Positions 19,277-29,377 of a DNA stretch of 60,426 nt are shown here, one piece after another. Below the pieces are notes generated by a model, which was not told the origin of the DNA, made no database searches, and saw only the letters and a list, made by a program, of their open reading frames with translations. The stretch is taken from positions 1-60,426 of the forward strand of contig JBBPYG010000050.1 in the NCBI GenBank assembly GCA_038200085.1, given 5' to 3'. Position 1 is the first letter of the stretch. Each line of letters starts with the position of its first letter. The position numbers were made by a program, and so were the translations under genes. The stretch is from Candidatus Limnocylindria bacterium. Its GTDB lineage: Bacteria > Chloroflexota > Limnocylindria > P2-11E.

Positions 19277-19382
19277 CCGGCGTGCCGATGCGGCGTCGCC
19301 GCCTCGGGACGCTCACTTAAGGGGACTCAGTTCCCGCGGGCGCGGTCAGTGGATCGCGTGCGTGGACCCGGGTCTTGTCGGC

Positions 19383-19580
19383 TCAGTGGACCGGTAATGG
19401 TCCATTCGCCGGACGCAGGCGCGAGTAGTGGATCCAGAAACGGCCGAACTTGTTCTTGACGAGCCAGTCCTCTCCGTTGGGAGATTGGCGGACGAGCTCG
19501 CCCTCGCCCCACACGTCGGTGTGCACGGGCAGGTAGCGCACCTTCGCGCCTGGCCGCAGGACGAGCGCTCGATCCATCAT
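19383..19580 (-). CDS. Small hypothetical protein (65 aa)
   Basis: ORF with a 4-nt overlap to the upstream ATPase gene (translational coupling). No recognisable motif. Confidence 0.4.
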   Translation of the reverse strand: MMDRALVLRPGAKVRYLPVHTDVWGEGELVRQSPNGEDWLVKNKFGRFWIHYSRLRPANGPLPVH

Positions 19581-20815
19581 CCCTGGGTCACGATACCGGC
19601 GAACGGTCCTTCGTCCAGCCGGCGGACGTACTCGGCGAACATCGGCTCGACGAAGTCGTACTTGCCCCGGCCGAGGCGGGTCACGAGTCCGCGCGCGCGC
19701 AGCGCCTCCAGCGCGCGCAGTACCTCGGGCCGGGGGATCGCGTTGCCGTCCGGCTGGGTCGCGTAAAGCACGGCGCCGTGCGCGATCCGCTTCGCGACCT
19801 GCTGGAGGTACTTCTGACGGCCGAGCTCAGACCAGTGCAGGGCGAACGGCCGCTCCAGCTCGCGCAGCGACTGCTCGTAGGCGATCGCGACGAGGTCCCC
19901 GGTCACCGAGCGCTGCCCCGCGTCGCGCATGAGGTAGTACAGGGCGGCGCAGACCTGCATCGTGTCCTGGGGGTGCCCGCCGGTCAGGTCCAGGAGGCGG
20001 TCGATCTCGGCCTCACCGAGAACGATCCGCTTCTCCGCGAATTTTCCCTGAAGGTATTCGAGCCAGTCGTCGGGATCGATCCCGAACCGGTGCCCCGCCG
20101 CGTCGGCGAGGTCGAGCGGCACGGCGAAGCGGTAGAACGCGTGCCCTTTCTGGCTGAACAGCTCCTCGAGGATCCCCTCCTCCGAGCCGAGGAAGGCGTA
20201 CGCCAAGCCCTGGTGCGATTGAAAGTGCGTGCGCATGACGTCGAAGACCCGCGGTCCGAGCCTACCCGCGGCCTGGAACTCATCCATCGCGACGACGACG
20301 CGCTTTCCGGTGCGCGCGGCGAGCTCGCGCGACAGGTCGAGAGTCCCGTCGAAGAAGCGCTGCGCGTTGGTCTCGCGAGCGAGCTCCAGCGCGAGCTCGA
20401 GGTGCTCGTACCGCAGCTTGACGCTGGGCCGCAGCCCGGCGGCCGCGGCCTTCACCTGCTCGAACGTTCGCTCGACGCCGGACACGTTCTCAAGCACGGC
20501 GTCGGCGATCCGCTCGCCGAGCCCGCGCACGTCGGTCGCGCCGAGGCAGTCGACGTATGCCGTCAGGATCCCTTTGCGACGGAGCCTGCGCAGCGACTCG
20601 AGGATGATCGAGGTCTTCCCGATGCGGCGCGGCCCAGCGACCAGCACGTGGTTTCCGTCACCCAGTCGGGCGACCGCGCGGCGCACGTATTCTTCGCGGC
20701 CCACGAGGTCGCCGGACGCGACGGGACCGCCGACGGGGAAATGCGGCGACGGCGCGACCGATCGCGAGAACGGCTGCGGCATCCGCTGAGTATACATCTC
20801 ATGCATCCACTTCAT
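19577..20815 (-). CDS. ATP-binding protein (Arch_ATPase/ATPase_2-like AAA with C-terminal winged helix)
   Basis: GREEYVRRAVARLGDGNHVLVAGPRRIGKTSII (Walker A), VVVAMDEFQ (Walker B) and a C-terminal LRALEALRARGLVTRLGRGKYDFVEP wHTH-like segment. Which of several N-terminal Met codons is the start is unclear. Confidence 0.65.
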   Translation of the reverse strand: MKWMHEMYTQRMPQPFSRSVAPSPHFPVGGPVASGDLVGREEYVRRAVARLGDGNHVLVAGPRRIGKTSIILESLRRLRRKGILTAYVDCLGATDVRGLGERIADAVLENVSGVERTFEQVKAAAAGLRPSVKLRYEHLELALELARETNAQRFFDGTLDLSRELAARTGKRVVVAMDEFQAAGRLGPRVFDVMRTHFQSHQGLAYAFLGSEEGILEELFSQKGHAFYRFAVPLDLADAAGHRFGIDPDDWLEYLQGKFAEKRIVLGEAEIDRLLDLTGGHPQDTMQVCAALYYLMRDAGQRSVTGDLVAIAYEQSLRELERPFALHWSELGRQKYLQQVAKRIAHGAVLYATQPDGNAIPRPEVLRALEALRARGLVTRLGRGKYDFVEPMFAEYVRRLDEGPFAGIVTQG

Positions 20816-20822
20816 TCGGCCG

Positions 20823-21431
20823 ATGCATACAAGCGGCCATGTCAGCTCCCTCTACCATGAGATCGTGCCTCGTTCGGCGTTCCTCCTCGGTGGCCTCGCC
20901 CTTGGCGCGGGCCTCGGCTATGCGCTGCTCGGCCGCGCACCTCGGCGCGACCCCGAAGCGCAGGCAGCGCTCGCGCGCGCCGTGGCCGCGATCGACCGAG
21001 AGCTCGCCGGGAACCTCGAGATGACCACGATGTTCGACCAGACGCGGCAGGCGGTGATCCTCGAGAACGGCGAGTTCGCGCGCAACAGCGCGCTGATCGA
21101 ACGCGAGCTGCCGGAGGAGCATCGCGAGCTCGCGGACCTCTACGCGGCGCTCCCGGAGGCCGAGTCGGCGATGGAGCGGCGGGGACCCGCGGGATCGGTC
21201 ACGCCGGCCGACCGCGCGATCGTCGAGACATGGGAGGGCGACGCCCGGGAGGCGCAGCGCGGGCTCCGCGCGGCTCTGACGGCGCCGACCCCGACGGCAT
21301 GGCGCCGTGCCGCCAGCGCACTCGCCGCGAGGCTGCGCCGGACACCGGCGCGCGGCGCGGATATCCGCGCGCGCGCGGCGTCACGCCATGTGGCGTCGAG
21401 CGCGGACGGTGCGCGGGCGCTTCGCCCATGA
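20823..21431 (+). CDS. Hypothetical membrane-anchored protein
   Basis: One N-terminal TM helix (AFLLGGLALGAGLGYALL). The stop overlaps the PBP start (ATGA). The start could be the GTG near 20865. Confidence 0.45.
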   Translation: MHTSGHVSSLYHEIVPRSAFLLGGLALGAGLGYALLGRAPRRDPEAQAALARAVAAIDRELAGNLEMTTMFDQTRQAVILENGEFARNSALIERELPEEHRELADLYAALPEAESAMERRGPAGSVTPADRAIVETWEGDAREAQRGLRAALTAPTPTAWRRAASALAARLRRTPARGADIRARAASRHVASSADGARALRP

Positions 21432-23818
21432 GCGCGGCGAACGGCCGCATCAGCCCCGGCCGCGCGTACCGCGCTTACCGCTACCCGCACCGCAAGGGCG
21501 GCCGCCTGTCGCGCCGCGTGAGCCACATGCGCGTCGGCAAGCTGGCGGGGGCGCTCACGGCGTTCCTCATCGCCCTCGGTCTGGCCGGCGGAACGGCCGC
21601 CGCGGCGGCCGTCAGCTACTTCGCCGCGGACTTGCCGACCGCGCACGATCTCGCCAGCGCGCCAGTCCCCCTCTCCACCTATATCTATGACCGGTCCGGC
21701 GAGCACCTCCTGTACACGCTGGAGGACGAGCGCCGGGAGCTCATCACACTCGGCGCTGTCCCACTGCGCATGCGGCAGGCGACGATCGCGATCGAGGACA
21801 AGACCTTCTACAGCAACCCGGGCATCGACGTCAGCGGCATCGTCCGGGCCCTCACCACGAACCTGCGGAGCGGCGGCATCGCGCAGGGCGCCTCGACGAT
21901 CACCCAGCAGCTCATCAAGACGCGGCTGCTCGGTGACGAGCCAACGCTGGCCCGCAAGATCAAGGAAGCGATGCTCGCGCTCGAGGTCGCGCGCACGTAC
22001 ACGAAGGACCAGGTCCTCGAGATGTACTTCAATCAGATCTATTACGGCGAACAGGCCTACGGGCTGCGCGCCGCGGTGAAGACGTACTTCGGGCTCGGCG
22101 ACCAGAGCGAGCTGACGCTCGGGCAGATGGCGCTGCTCGCGGGACTCCCCCAGGCGCCTTCGGACTACGACCCGGTGCAGGCTCCGGCCGCCGCCAAGGC
22201 GCGCCGGGCTCAGGTCCTCGACGCGATGGTGGAGCAGAGCTACATCACGCAGGCGGAGGCCGACGCGGCCAACGCCGAGCCGATCGCGGTCCACCAGAGC
22301 GCGACCCCGCTCTACGCGCCGCACTTCACCTTCCGGGTCCGCGAGCAGCTGGTCCAGCTCCTCGGGGAGAAGGCGGCCTATCGCGGCGGCTACCGCGTGT
22401 TCACCAGCCTCGACTGGAACATGCAGCAGCTCGCCGAGAAGGAAGTGCGCGACCACGTCAACAACCTGAAGTCATCGAACGTGAACAACGCGTCGCTCAT
22501 CACGATGGACCCGCACACCGGCGAGGTGCTCGCGTACGTCGGCAGCAAGGACTACTACGACCTCTCGCCGCAAGTGCAGGGCGACTACGACGCCGCCGGC
22601 ATCGCCCTTCGCCAGCCGGGTTCCACCTTCAAGCTCTTCACGTACCTCACCGGGATGCTGAAGGCGGGCGTGACACCGGCGACCGTGTTGAACGACATCG
22701 AGTTCACGCTGCCGAGCGGAGACGGCAAGGAGTACAAGCCGAAGGACGCGCCGCAGGGCGACGGCAAGTCGCAGCAGCACGGACCGGTGACGGTGCGCCA
22801 GGCGCTCCGCGAATCGCTGAACCTCCCGGCGCTGACGGTGACGCGGATGGTCGGCGTGGACGCGATCATCGACACGATCCACCAGCTCGGCATCAACCGC
22901 GACTGGGACCGCTCGCAGATCGGCCTGTCGTTCGGCATCGGAGCGGGCGAGATGCGCCTCATCGACATGGCGAGCGGATACCAGGTGATCGCGAACAAGG
23001 GCGTGCGCGTCGACCCGACGTTCATCCTCAAGATCGTCGACTCAGAAGGCAAGGTCGTGAAGGACTTCTCGGTGCCGCAGGGACGCAAGGTCATCGACGA
23101 GCGGATCGCCTGGGAGATGACCGACATCCTGAAGGACAACACCGACCCCGTGAACGGCTCGTTCGTCTTCGGCCCCTTCACGAACATCGGCAGGCCCGCC
23201 GCGCTCAAGACGGGGACGACCGACGACCTCCAGGACGTGCTCGCCATCGGATTCGTCCCGCAGCGCCTGACGGCTGTGTGGATGGGCAACTCGAACAACG
23301 AGGAGATGAAGGGCATCTCGTCGGCGCTCGGACCCGGCATCCTCTGGCGGGACTACATGAAGTCCGTCGTGAGCAGTCTCCCCGTGGAGCAGTTCGCGCG
23401 GCCCGCGGGCATCGTCGACAAGGTCGTATGCGTCAACCCGTCGCTGACCGGCGGCAATGGCTCGGGCAAGCTGCCGGGGCCATGGTGCCCGAGCAACTTC
23501 CGCTTCACCGAGCACTTCGTCCAGGGCACGGAGCCCACCACGGACGACCGCGACATCTACACCTCGTGCGGCCTGCGCATCAAGGCGCAGTTCCCGGACT
23601 GGCAGAAGGACGCCGACCGGTGGGCCTCGGAGGCCGCCCGCGGCCAGCATTCGTACGGGCGCTTCTTCTGGTCGCTCTGCGGGTTCGCGCCCATCGCCAC
23701 GTTCCGTCCGGCGCCCCCGCCCGCGGCGACGCAGGCGCCGACGCCCCGGAGCCCGGCACCGCCGACGGCGCCTCCGGCCACGCCGGCGCCGACGCCCGGT
23801 CCCACGAAGAAGCCATAA
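21428..23818 (+). CDS. Class A penicillin-binding protein (glycosyltransferase GT51 + transpeptidase), Pro-rich C-terminal tail
   Basis: In track ORF 21230..23818. It has a TM anchor, the GT51 motifs IAIEDKTFYSNPGID, GASTITQQLIK and RKIKEA, the transpeptidase motifs GSTFK, SLN and KTGTT, and a tail PAPPPAATQAPTPRSPAPPTAPPATPAPTPGP. Confidence 0.9.
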   Translation: MSAANGRISPGRAYRAYRYPHRKGGRLSRRVSHMRVGKLAGALTAFLIALGLAGGTAAAAAVSYFAADLPTAHDLASAPVPLSTYIYDRSGEHLLYTLEDERRELITLGAVPLRMRQATIAIEDKTFYSNPGIDVSGIVRALTTNLRSGGIAQGASTITQQLIKTRLLGDEPTLARKIKEAMLALEVARTYTKDQVLEMYFNQIYYGEQAYGLRAAVKTYFGLGDQSELTLGQMALLAGLPQAPSDYDPVQAPAAAKARRAQVLDAMVEQSYITQAEADAANAEPIAVHQSATPLYAPHFTFRVREQLVQLLGEKAAYRGGYRVFTSLDWNMQQLAEKEVRDHVNNLKSSNVNNASLITMDPHTGEVLAYVGSKDYYDLSPQVQGDYDAAGIALRQPGSTFKLFTYLTGMLKAGVTPATVLNDIEFTLPSGDGKEYKPKDAPQGDGKSQQHGPVTVRQALRESLNLPALTVTRMVGVDAIIDTIHQLGINRDWDRSQIGLSFGIGAGEMRLIDMASGYQVIANKGVRVDPTFILKIVDSEGKVVKDFSVPQGRKVIDERIAWEMTDILKDNTDPVNGSFVFGPFTNIGRPAALKTGTTDDLQDVLAIGFVPQRLTAVWMGNSNNEEMKGISSALGPGILWRDYMKSVVSSLPVEQFARPAGIVDKVVCVNPSLTGGNGSGKLPGPWCPSNFRFTEHFVQGTEPTTDDRDIYTSCGLRIKAQFPDWQKDADRWASEAARGQHSYGRFFWSLCGFAPIATFRPAPPPAATQAPTPRSPAPPTAPPATPAPTPGPTKKP

Positions 23819-23841
23819 CGGCGCTCAATAGACTCGGCGGC

Positions 23842-24834
23842 GTGACCGAGCCGCGGACCCTCGCCGATAGGGTGACGTTCTACGCGCCGGTCGATGCCGA
23901 TCTGCGGGAGCTCGAGCGGCGCCTCGCCGCGGTCGGCCGGGGGGCCCATCCGACCTTCGGTGCCGCCGCGGCGCATCTCTTCGGTTCGCCCGGAAAGCTG
24001 CTCCGCCCGACGCTCGTGTTCCTGTCAGCGCGCTTCGGCAGCAGGCCCGATCCCGACGTCGTGCTGAACCTCGCCGAGTCGCTCGAGCTCGTCCACACCG
24101 CGTCGCTCGTGCACGACGACATCGTCGACGCCGCGTCGCTACGCCGCAACCGACCGACGGTCAATGCGATGTGGGGCGACGAGACCGCGATCATCGTCGG
24201 CGACTACCTCTTCGCGAAGGCGTACGCGCTCGCGGCCGTCCTGCCGAAGCCGGAGGTGATCGCGATCGTCGCGCAGACGGTCTTCGCGTTGTGCGATGGC
24301 GAGCTGAGCGAGGTGACCTCGGCGCGCTCGGTCCCCACCGAGGCCGCGTACATCGAACGAATCGAGCTCAAGACCGCATCGCTGTACGCCGCGTGCTGCC
24401 AGGGCGCCGCGCTCCTCACGGAGGCGGACCCCGAGCACGTCGCCGCCCTTGGAGCGTTCGGAACTAACGTCGGATTGGCGTTCCAGATCACGGACGACGT
24501 GCTCGACGTCATCGGCGACGAGGCCGATTTCGGCAAGACCGTCGGCCGCGACCTCGCCGAAGGGATGCCCACCCTGCCGCTGATCTACGCGCTCGAGGAG
24601 CTGGACGGCGGCGGCGCCGCGTTCGCCGAGCGCATCGTCGCCCGCGGCAAGGACGACGCCGAGCTGCGCGACCTGTTGCGGATCATCCGCGCGAGCGGCG
24701 CGCCGTCCCGCGCCCGCGACCGCGCGCTCGGTTTCCACGCGGCGGCGCGTGCGGCGCTCGATGGACTGCCGGCGGGTCTGGAGCGGGACGCGCTCGCGGA
24801 GCTCGCCGACTTTGTCGTCAGCAGGGTCCGCTGA
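23842..24834 (+). CDS. Polyprenyl diphosphate synthase (trans-isoprenyl, hepta/octaprenyl-like)
   Basis: In track ORF 23278..24834. First DDxxD is LVHDDIVD with RRNRPT, second is QITDDVLD. The start is taken as the GTG at 23842. Confidence 0.85.
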   Translation: MTEPRTLADRVTFYAPVDADLRELERRLAAVGRGAHPTFGAAAAHLFGSPGKLLRPTLVFLSARFGSRPDPDVVLNLAESLELVHTASLVHDDIVDAASLRRNRPTVNAMWGDETAIIVGDYLFAKAYALAAVLPKPEVIAIVAQTVFALCDGELSEVTSARSVPTEAAYIERIELKTASLYAACCQGAALLTEADPEHVAALGAFGTNVGLAFQITDDVLDVIGDEADFGKTVGRDLAEGMPTLPLIYALEELDGGGAAFAERIVARGKDDAELRDLLRIIRASGAPSRARDRALGFHAAARAALDGLPAGLERDALAELADFVVSRVR

Positions 24835-24935
24835 TCTAGCTCCTTCTCGGAGGGCTCATCCTGCAGAACCCAGGTAGCGCGCCAGCGCGCCGATCGTGCC
24901 TGCGCAGCGCCTCTCCGCCGCGCGCGCTCTGCCGT

Positions 24936-25967
24936 CTAAGGTGCGGCCGGACCTTCAGCCCCCGGGTCTCTGGGACCGGAGGGCCCCTCATTCGTCCTCC
25001 GGCCCCGGCGACGGCCGCCACGGCGCCTGCGGCGCGGACCTGCCGCGGCCGTGGGCACCGGCGTGGGGCGCTCCTGCCGCGGGATCTCGTCGCTGCCGTA
25101 GACGCCGACCCCCTTCGTGTTCGCGGGCACGGCGTCGAACCGCACGCCCAGCTCCTCCGCGGTGAGCTCCTGGCGGCCGCCCTCGTAGATGCCGACGACG
25201 ATCGACTCCTTCACGGCCGAGACGCTCTGCGTCATCGCACACGCGCTCGTGCCGCACTGCCCGCCGACACATGAGGGGATGTGGAACGTCTCGCCGATCT
25301 TGGGAAGCTTTCCCTTGATCTCCTGGTACGTCTCGAGCTCGTAGATGAGGCAACACTTCAGGCGGCCGCAGACGCCGGTGAGCTTGCTCTGGTTCAGCGG
25401 TAGGTCCTGGTCCTTCGCCATGCGGATCGAGATGTTCGAGAACTTGTCGAGCCAGGACGCGCAGCACAGCTCCCGACCGCACGTCCCGACGCCGCCGGCG
25501 ACCTTCGTCTCGTCACGTCCCGCCATCCGCTGAAGGTCGATGCGAGTCCCGAAGTGCGCCGAAAGGTCGGACGAGAGCCCCGCCAGGTCGAGGCGCTCGT
25601 CCGTCGCGTAAAAGACGGTCAGGTTGCCTCCGTCGAAGCGCCAGTCCGCGCCGAGGATGCGCACCGGCAGGCCGCGTGCCCGGGCGATCTCCGCCGCGGT
25701 CCGGGTCGCCTCCTCCTCCGTCCGCTTGTGGCGCGCCATCTCGAACCGGTCGCTCGCGGTCGCCTTGCGCACGACCCGGCCGAGCGGGGGATCGACCTGC
25801 ACGAGCGGGGAATCGGTCGGCAGGATCCGCACGTGCGCGGCGTCCTGACCGAGCTGCGTCTCGACGATCACCCAGTCGCCCATGGCGTAATCGGTGACGG
25901 GGCCCGGGTCGAAGAAGTACATGCGCCCCGCCTCCATGAACCGCGCGCCGACCACGGTGCGCGTCAT
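24936..25967 (-). CDS. ricT: PSP1-domain protein (RicT/YaaT-like) with Arg-rich tail
   Basis: From MTRTVVGARFMEAGRMYFFD. It has the cysteine cluster GTCGRELCCASWL...GVCGRLKCCLIYE typical of PSP1/YaaT. The start overlaps the holB stop. Confidence 0.8.
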   Translation of the reverse strand: MTRTVVGARFMEAGRMYFFDPGPVTDYAMGDWVIVETQLGQDAAHVRILPTDSPLVQVDPPLGRVVRKATASDRFEMARHKRTEEEATRTAAEIARARGLPVRILGADWRFDGGNLTVFYATDERLDLAGLSSDLSAHFGTRIDLQRMAGRDETKVAGGVGTCGRELCCASWLDKFSNISIRMAKDQDLPLNQSKLTGVCGRLKCCLIYELETYQEIKGKLPKIGETFHIPSCVGGQCGTSACAMTQSVSAVKESIVVGIYEGGRQELTAEELGVRFDAVPANTKGVGVYGSDEIPRQERPTPVPTAAAGPRRRRRGGRRRGRRTNEGPSGPRDPGAEGPAAP

Positions 25968-26977
25968 GCCGCCTTGTCCAGGCCCGCGACGAACGGGAGG
26001 CGGAGCACGAAGAGTTCGAGCATCGACCGGGCGTTCGCGTTCCACGCGAGGTCCCGGCGCAGGCGCTGGACGAGGAGGGCGGTGTCCACGAGGTCCCGCG
26101 GGGGCACGCTCGCGCCGAGCCGGCGGGACTGGTCGCCGCGGTCCGGGCGCAGGAGGCGCTCATGCGCGGCCTGGCCCGCCACGACGGCGTCGCGCAGCAG
26201 CTCGCCCCACTCGTCCAGGCGCAACCCGATCGCCGCGCTGCGCCGGCGCGCGTCGCCGTCGTCGGCGAGGTCGGCGGCCCATGCGAAGCGGTCGGTCAGG
26301 CCGCTCGCGACCAGGCGGTACAGCTCCGCCTCGACCGCCGTGCGCGCGCTCCGGGCCCGGGCGTCGGTGGCGAGCGTCATCGCGACGCCGGGGCGTCCTC
26401 CGGCGGCGGCCGCGTGGCTGCCCGCCGCCGCGCCGAAGCGCTCCGCCAGGCCCGCCGTCATCTCCCTGTCTGGGACGAGCCGGAACGGGATCGGCTGGGC
26501 GCGTGAGCGGATCGTGTCGTGGATCATCTCCGGCCGGGCGGTGATCAGGACGAGGACGGCGTGCGCCGGCGGCTCCTCGAGCGTCTTGAGCAGCGCGTCC
26601 TGGCCGAACTCGTTCAGGTCCGCCGCGTCGTCGATGAGCACGACGCGCCTCCGGCCCTCGAGTGGCCGCAGCGCGAGGTCCTGCTGCATCGCGCGCACCT
26701 GCTCTATCCCGATGTCGCGGAGGTCGGCCAACTTCTCGACGGCGCGGACGTCGGGATGCGTCCCTCGCTCGATCTTGCGGCACGCGACGCACGAGCCGCA
26801 GCCCCCGGCGACGCGGCCGGCTGCGGTGCAGTTGAGCGTCTGCGCCAGCCGTACGGCCGCGGTGCGCTTGCCGATCGATCGTGGGCCGCTGAAGAGGTAC
26901 GCGTGGGCGACATCCTCGCGCAGAGCGTTCTCGCCGAGCCGCTCCGCCACGCGGCGCTGCCCGATGAATCCTCTCAT
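25964..26977 (-). CDS. holB: DNA polymerase III delta-prime subunit
   Basis: From MRGFIGQRRV in track ORF 25964..27460. It has HAYLFSGPRSIGKRTAA, the zinc module CGSCVACRKIERGTHPD, and NALLKTLEEPP-like (DALLKTLEEPP) plus SRAQ motifs. Confidence 0.85.
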   Translation of the reverse strand: MRGFIGQRRVAERLGENALREDVAHAYLFSGPRSIGKRTAAVRLAQTLNCTAAGRVAGGCGSCVACRKIERGTHPDVRAVEKLADLRDIGIEQVRAMQQDLALRPLEGRRRVVLIDDAADLNEFGQDALLKTLEEPPAHAVLVLITARPEMIHDTIRSRAQPIPFRLVPDREMTAGLAERFGAAAGSHAAAAGGRPGVAMTLATDARARSARTAVEAELYRLVASGLTDRFAWAADLADDGDARRRSAAIGLRLDEWGELLRDAVVAGQAAHERLLRPDRGDQSRRLGASVPPRDLVDTALLVQRLRRDLAWNANARSMLELFVLRLPFVAGLDKAA

Positions 26978-26991
26978 CGAGTGAGGCGAGT

Positions 26992-28125
26992 CTAGAGGAA
27001 GCGGCGGCGCCGGGAGAAAGCGGTCTCGTACGCCCGCTCGGTCCGTTCGGCGACGTGCGGCCAGGTCCAGCGCTCGGCGACGCGCGCCCGGCCGGCCTCC
27101 CCCATGGCTCGCGCGCGGTCGGGATCGGAGAGCAGCGCGAGGATCGCGCGGGCCACCGCCCGCGGCTCGTTCGCCGCGTGCAGGCCGTCGATCCCCTCGC
27201 TTACCACCTCGCGCAGCGGCGGGATGTCGCCGGCGATCACGGGCCTGCCCGCGCACCACGCCTCGAGGTAGGTGTGCCCGAAGGTCTCGTGGCTGGATGG
27301 CATCGCGAACAGCGTGCAGCGTGAGTACGCTTCCGCCTTCTCCTCCTCGCTCACCACGCCGCGCTCCTCCCACCGCGGATCGTCGTGCCGCGGGCGCAAC
27401 CGCGCCCAGGCGGAGGGCTGCCCGATCGCGACGAAGCGGGTGTCCGGAGAGCGGCGCCACACGAGCGGAGCGGCCGCGCGAAGCGCGTCGTATCCCTTGT
27501 ACCGTTCCTTGCGCCCCACGAACAGGACCGTCGCCGGCAGCGCCGGAGCACGGTCACGCAGCGGCGCGATGATCGGGCCGACGCCCGTGACGTGGACGCT
27601 GGACGCTCCACGCGCGCGGTACCAGCCCGCCTCCCATTCGGTCAGCGCGATCGTCGCGTCGTCGCGCCGGTAGCGCGCGGCATCGCGGGCGCCGCCTCCC
27701 GCCAGGAGCTGGCCGGGATGCACCAGCGGCGTCTCGACGAACGCGGCGCGCGCGCGAGCCGCCGCGCGCTCCGCGGCGCCGGCCCACTCGCGGGCGATGT
27801 TGTGCACGACGTCGGCGCCCGCGACGGCAGCGTCCAGCGTCGCGCCGCGCACGAGGGACGTCGGGAGCACGCCGTCGGCGAGCGCGCCGGCGCGTCCGAA
27901 GCGCACCGGGACGAAGCGGTACGTGATCCCGCCCTGGCCCAGGACGACCTCGCCGGGCGGCGCGTCGTAGAGCGCCTCGGGGATCCCGGCTCGCCGGCGT
28001 GCCGGCCGCAGGCCGACGAGCGTCACCGCGTGCCCGCGCGCGACAAGGGCCGCCGCCAGCGCGCGCGCCTGCGCCTCCGAGCCTCCGACCGGGGAGATGA
28101 GCTTCTTCACGATGGCGACGCGCAT
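26992..28125 (-). CDS. GT4 family glycosyltransferase
   Basis: MRVAIVKKLISPVGGSE... with a C-terminal ETFGHTYLEAWCAGRPVIAGD (E-x7-E region). Confidence 0.75.
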   Translation of the reverse strand: MRVAIVKKLISPVGGSEAQARALAAALVARGHAVTLVGLRPARRRAGIPEALYDAPPGEVVLGQGGITYRFVPVRFGRAGALADGVLPTSLVRGATLDAAVAGADVVHNIAREWAGAAERAAARARAAFVETPLVHPGQLLAGGGARDAARYRRDDATIALTEWEAGWYRARGASSVHVTGVGPIIAPLRDRAPALPATVLFVGRKERYKGYDALRAAAPLVWRRSPDTRFVAIGQPSAWARLRPRHDDPRWEERGVVSEEEKAEAYSRCTLFAMPSSHETFGHTYLEAWCAGRPVIAGDIPPLREVVSEGIDGLHAANEPRAVARAILALLSDPDRARAMGEAGRARVAERWTWPHVAERTERAYETAFSRRRRFL

Positions 28126-28137
28126 CAGCGGGGGACC

Positions 28138-29337
28138 CTACGCGAGGGCGGCGAGGTCCTCGACCGGCTCCGCAAGATCGGCGGCGACCTTGTGCGCCAT
28201 CTCGACGCGGTCGATCACGCGCTCCCAGTCCCAGCGCTCCTCGACCTTCGCCCGGCCCGCGCGGCCCATCGCCTCGCGCAGCGCGGGGTCGGCCAGAAGG
28301 CGCAGCAGCGCCGCCGCGACCTCGGCAGGGCGCTGGCGGACCAGCAGCCCGTCGACGCCGTCGGTGATCACCTCGCGCAGCGGGGGGATGTCGCCGCCGA
28401 TGACCGGGCGCTCGTGGAGCCACGCCTCGATGTAGCCGAGGCCGAAGGTCTCGTGCAGCGAGGGCATCGCGAACACGTCGCACGCGTCGAGCGCCGCGGA
28501 CTTCGTCGCGCCCGGGGCGTTCTCGATGTCGATGATCCGCTCGTCGGCGTAGCGCGCGAAGTCGTCGATGAATGTCGAGTAGAAGCCCTGGATGCCGATG
28601 AACACGAAGCGCGTCTCGGGGTGCTCCCGCCACACCAGCTCGGCCGCGTCGAGCAGCTGGATGTAGCCCTTGTACCGCTCCTTGCGCCCGATGTAGAGGA
28701 TCACCGGGGCGTCCGACGGAATCCCCCACACCGAACGGAAGGCGGCCCCATCGTGCGACCGCACGGCGTTCGGACCCATTCCCGTGACTACGATGCGAGA
28801 GGGCTCGATCCCGCGGTCGGCGTACCACCGGCGCTCCCACTCCGTCATGGTCGTGATCGCCGCGGCGTGCCGGTAGCGCGCCGTGTCGGCTGGGCTGTCG
28901 CCGCCGTGGAACTGCCCGGGGTGCGCGAGGGGCGTCAGCACGAGCGGGATGTCGAGCTCTTCCGCGACGTCGACGGAACTGTCGAGGTACTCGCGTCCGA
29001 CGTTGTGCACGATGTCCCGGTCCTGCGCGTACCGCTCCAGGATGTCCCCGCGCATGAGATCGACGAGCGTTGTCGCATCCGCCGCGAGGCCGAGGATCCC
29101 GCCGCGCGGGCGCACCTGCACCACCTCCACGCCGCGTTCGACGAAGACCCTGTGGTCCTCGAACACACGCGGACTGGATCGCTCGATGCGGCGCCGCGTG
29201 CGCTCTGTCTCGGACGGCCAGGCGCACACCACGCGCACGTCGTGGCCGCGCGCGGCGAGTCGCGTGGCGAACTGGTACGCGAGGCTCTCCGACCCCCCGA
29301 CCGGCGCGTAGCCGCGCTTGACGAACAGGATGTTCAT
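28138..29337 (-). CDS. GT4 family glycosyltransferase
   Basis: MNILFVKRGYAPVGGSE... with ETFGLGYIEAWLHERPVIGGD. It is a paralog of the adjacent gene. Confidence 0.75.
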   Translation of the reverse strand: MNILFVKRGYAPVGGSESLAYQFATRLAARGHDVRVVCAWPSETERTRRRIERSSPRVFEDHRVFVERGVEVVQVRPRGGILGLAADATTLVDLMRGDILERYAQDRDIVHNVGREYLDSSVDVAEELDIPLVLTPLAHPGQFHGGDSPADTARYRHAAAITTMTEWERRWYADRGIEPSRIVVTGMGPNAVRSHDGAAFRSVWGIPSDAPVILYIGRKERYKGYIQLLDAAELVWREHPETRFVFIGIQGFYSTFIDDFARYADERIIDIENAPGATKSAALDACDVFAMPSLHETFGLGYIEAWLHERPVIGGDIPPLREVITDGVDGLLVRQRPAEVAAALLRLLADPALREAMGRAGRAKVEERWDWERVIDRVEMAHKVAADLAEPVEDLAALA

Positions 29338-29377
29338 GCGCCGCGGCGCCAGGGCACGCGGGGTGCCAACGCGCGCT

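Noticed and set aside
19205-21431. tRNA-Arg as the attachment site of an integrated genomic island
   Set aside because: I could find no integrase or recombinase gene and no repeat of the tRNA 3' end downstream. The short match cgcctcggg near 19295 is too short to count. It is kept only as a low-interest note.
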